NCBI RefSeq assembly: GCF_900116015.1
Contig: NZ_FOYH01000002.1
Span: forward strand, 169,163-209,162
Direction: 5' to 3'
DNA: 40,000 nucleotides
Origin: Enterobacter sp. kpr-6
Lineage (GTDB): Bacteria; Pseudomonadota; Gammaproteobacteria; Enterobacterales; Enterobacteriaceae
The translations under genes were made by a program, and so were the position numbers. The notes under the pieces were generated by a model. It was not told the DNA's origin. It saw only the letters and a list, made by a program, of their open reading frames with translations, and did not search any database. Each line of letters begins with the position of its first letter. Positions within the stretch are counted from its first letter, which is position 1. Shown here piece after piece: positions 39,458 through 40,000 of the stretch.

Positions 39458-39644
39458 CCCTCACCCCGGCCCTCTCCCTGAGGGAGAGGGAGAAAAGCAA
39501 GTCCGTGCTCAGTCTGGACCCTCACCCCGGCCCTCTCCCTTAGGGAGAGGGGGAAAAGCAAGTCCGTGCTCAGTCTGGCCCCCTAAAGGCGAGTCAGCGC
39601 TCGATCTGTCCCCTCTCCCATGGGGAGAGGGTTAGGGTGAGGGG
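39458..39644. repeat. Expanded nested-palindrome repeat array (two 61-bp tandem units + terminal R arm) between convergent yegH and asmA
   Basis: Units 39458..39518 and 39519..39579 differ at 3 of 61 positions. Each is CCCTCACCCCGGCCCTCTCCC-tNa-GGGAGAGGG + aaaagcaagtccgtgctcagtctgg. The terminal part is CCCTCTCCC-atg-GGGAGAGGG-tta-GGGTGAGGGG at 39611..39644. Confidence 0.9.
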
Positions 39645-39662
39645 TCTTGCCCCCCGCCCCAC

Positions 39663-40000
39663 TCAAAGCTTATCCAGCAGCTTCTTCACATCTTTATTGT
39701 ACTTACTCTCTTTATTGCGGTCCGCCCAGTCGTTCAGGCGGCGTTTCGCTTCACTTTGCAGATGCTCGCGCAGCACCTGGTCCACTTGCAGATTGTAATT
39801 AAGCGTCTGCCATTTGCCGTAAACGTGCAGTGGAATCGGTGTATTTTTCAGGAACTCAATGAGCTTGCTGTCGCCCTCGCCCCAGCCGCTGACAACGCGG
39901 ACGTTAAAGTGGGTGTCGCACAGTTCGTCGATCAGATCCAGCGTGCCTTTACCGTCGACGGCGAGCAGCGGCGACTGGCCTTCCATATCCTCAAGGGTGA
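39663..40000 (-). CDS. asmA: AsmA (outer-membrane assembly/lipid-transport family) C-terminal fragment; 5' part beyond right edge
   Basis: The reading frame is open to the window edge. The C-terminus ...GKGTLDLIDELCDTHFNVRVV...LNYNLQVDQVLREHLQSEAKRRLNDWADRNK...KKLLDKL is colinear with the recalled E. coli AsmA tail. It is syntenic next to yegH. Confidence 0.85.
   Translation of the reverse strand, partial: TLEDMEGQSPLLAVDGKGTLDLIDELCDTHFNVRVVSGWGEGDSKLIEFLKNTPIPLHVYGKWQTLNYNLQVDQVLREHLQSEAKRRLNDWADRNKESKYNKDVKKLLDKL

Noticed and set aside
39349-39635. Small ORFs encoding PLPQGEGRGEG-like peptides (39349..39561 -, 39444..39635 +, 38955..39500 -, 21239..21490 +)
   Set aside because: They are read straight through the GC-rich palindromic repeats. 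The Gly/Glu/Pro/Leu strings are translation artefacts of GGGAGAGGG/GGGTGAGGG arms on either strand.
39458-39644. Possible mini-CRISPR array (palindromic repeats separated by spacers), also considered for 18255..18404
   Set aside because: There are only 2-3 units. The 'spacers' are themselves duplicated nearly identically, the repeat is a member of a dispersed family, and no cas genes or leader are present.

Overview
Enterobacterial chromosome segment, colinear with the E. coli K-12 asmA-yegH-wza...wcaM-galF-rfb region. The protein sequences diverge from my recollection of the K-12 orthologues, roughly at Citrobacter/Enterobacter/Salmonella distance; the species cannot be fixed without a search. 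Everything except yegH is on the minus strand. Reading right to left: the asmA 3' end; yegH (+); the complete 20-gene colanic-acid operon (wza wzb wzc wcaA-F gmd fcl gmm wcaI cpsB cpsG wcaJ wzxC wcaK wcaL wcaM), about 60% GC on sampled lines; galF; then about 12.8 kb of a visibly AT-rich O-antigen cluster, about one-third GC on sampled lines. That cluster holds rmlBDAC, a WecE-like 4-aminotransferase, wzx, five GT or GT-like genes, an XAT acetyltransferase and wzy, and it runs off the left edge. Both polysaccharide operons carry a JUMPStart/ops (RfaH) element in their leaders. I found no tRNA/rRNA, CRISPR, IS/transposase, prophage or recognisable defence genes, and I do not see a new multi-gene system here. 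The points worth a second look are listed below. (1) The O-antigen gene complement, possibly an uncatalogued serotype with Rha plus a 4-amino-4,6-dideoxyhexose. (2) A nested-palindrome GC-rich repeat family (CCCTCACCC-nnn-CCCTCTCCC...GGGAGAGGG-nnn-GGGTGAGGG) at five intergenic sites. Four of these sit at functional-module boundaries inside the colanic-acid operon, two are tandemly amplified, and one supplies the wcaF stop codon. (3) A 30/29-bp tandem duplication of the yegH start region that creates a 9-codon uORF ending in a UAAUG overlap with the yegH start. (4) A perfect extended -10 plus a 30-codon ORF antisense to the wza leader. Gene identities rest on motifs and on my memory of K-12 orthologues; no database search was possible.
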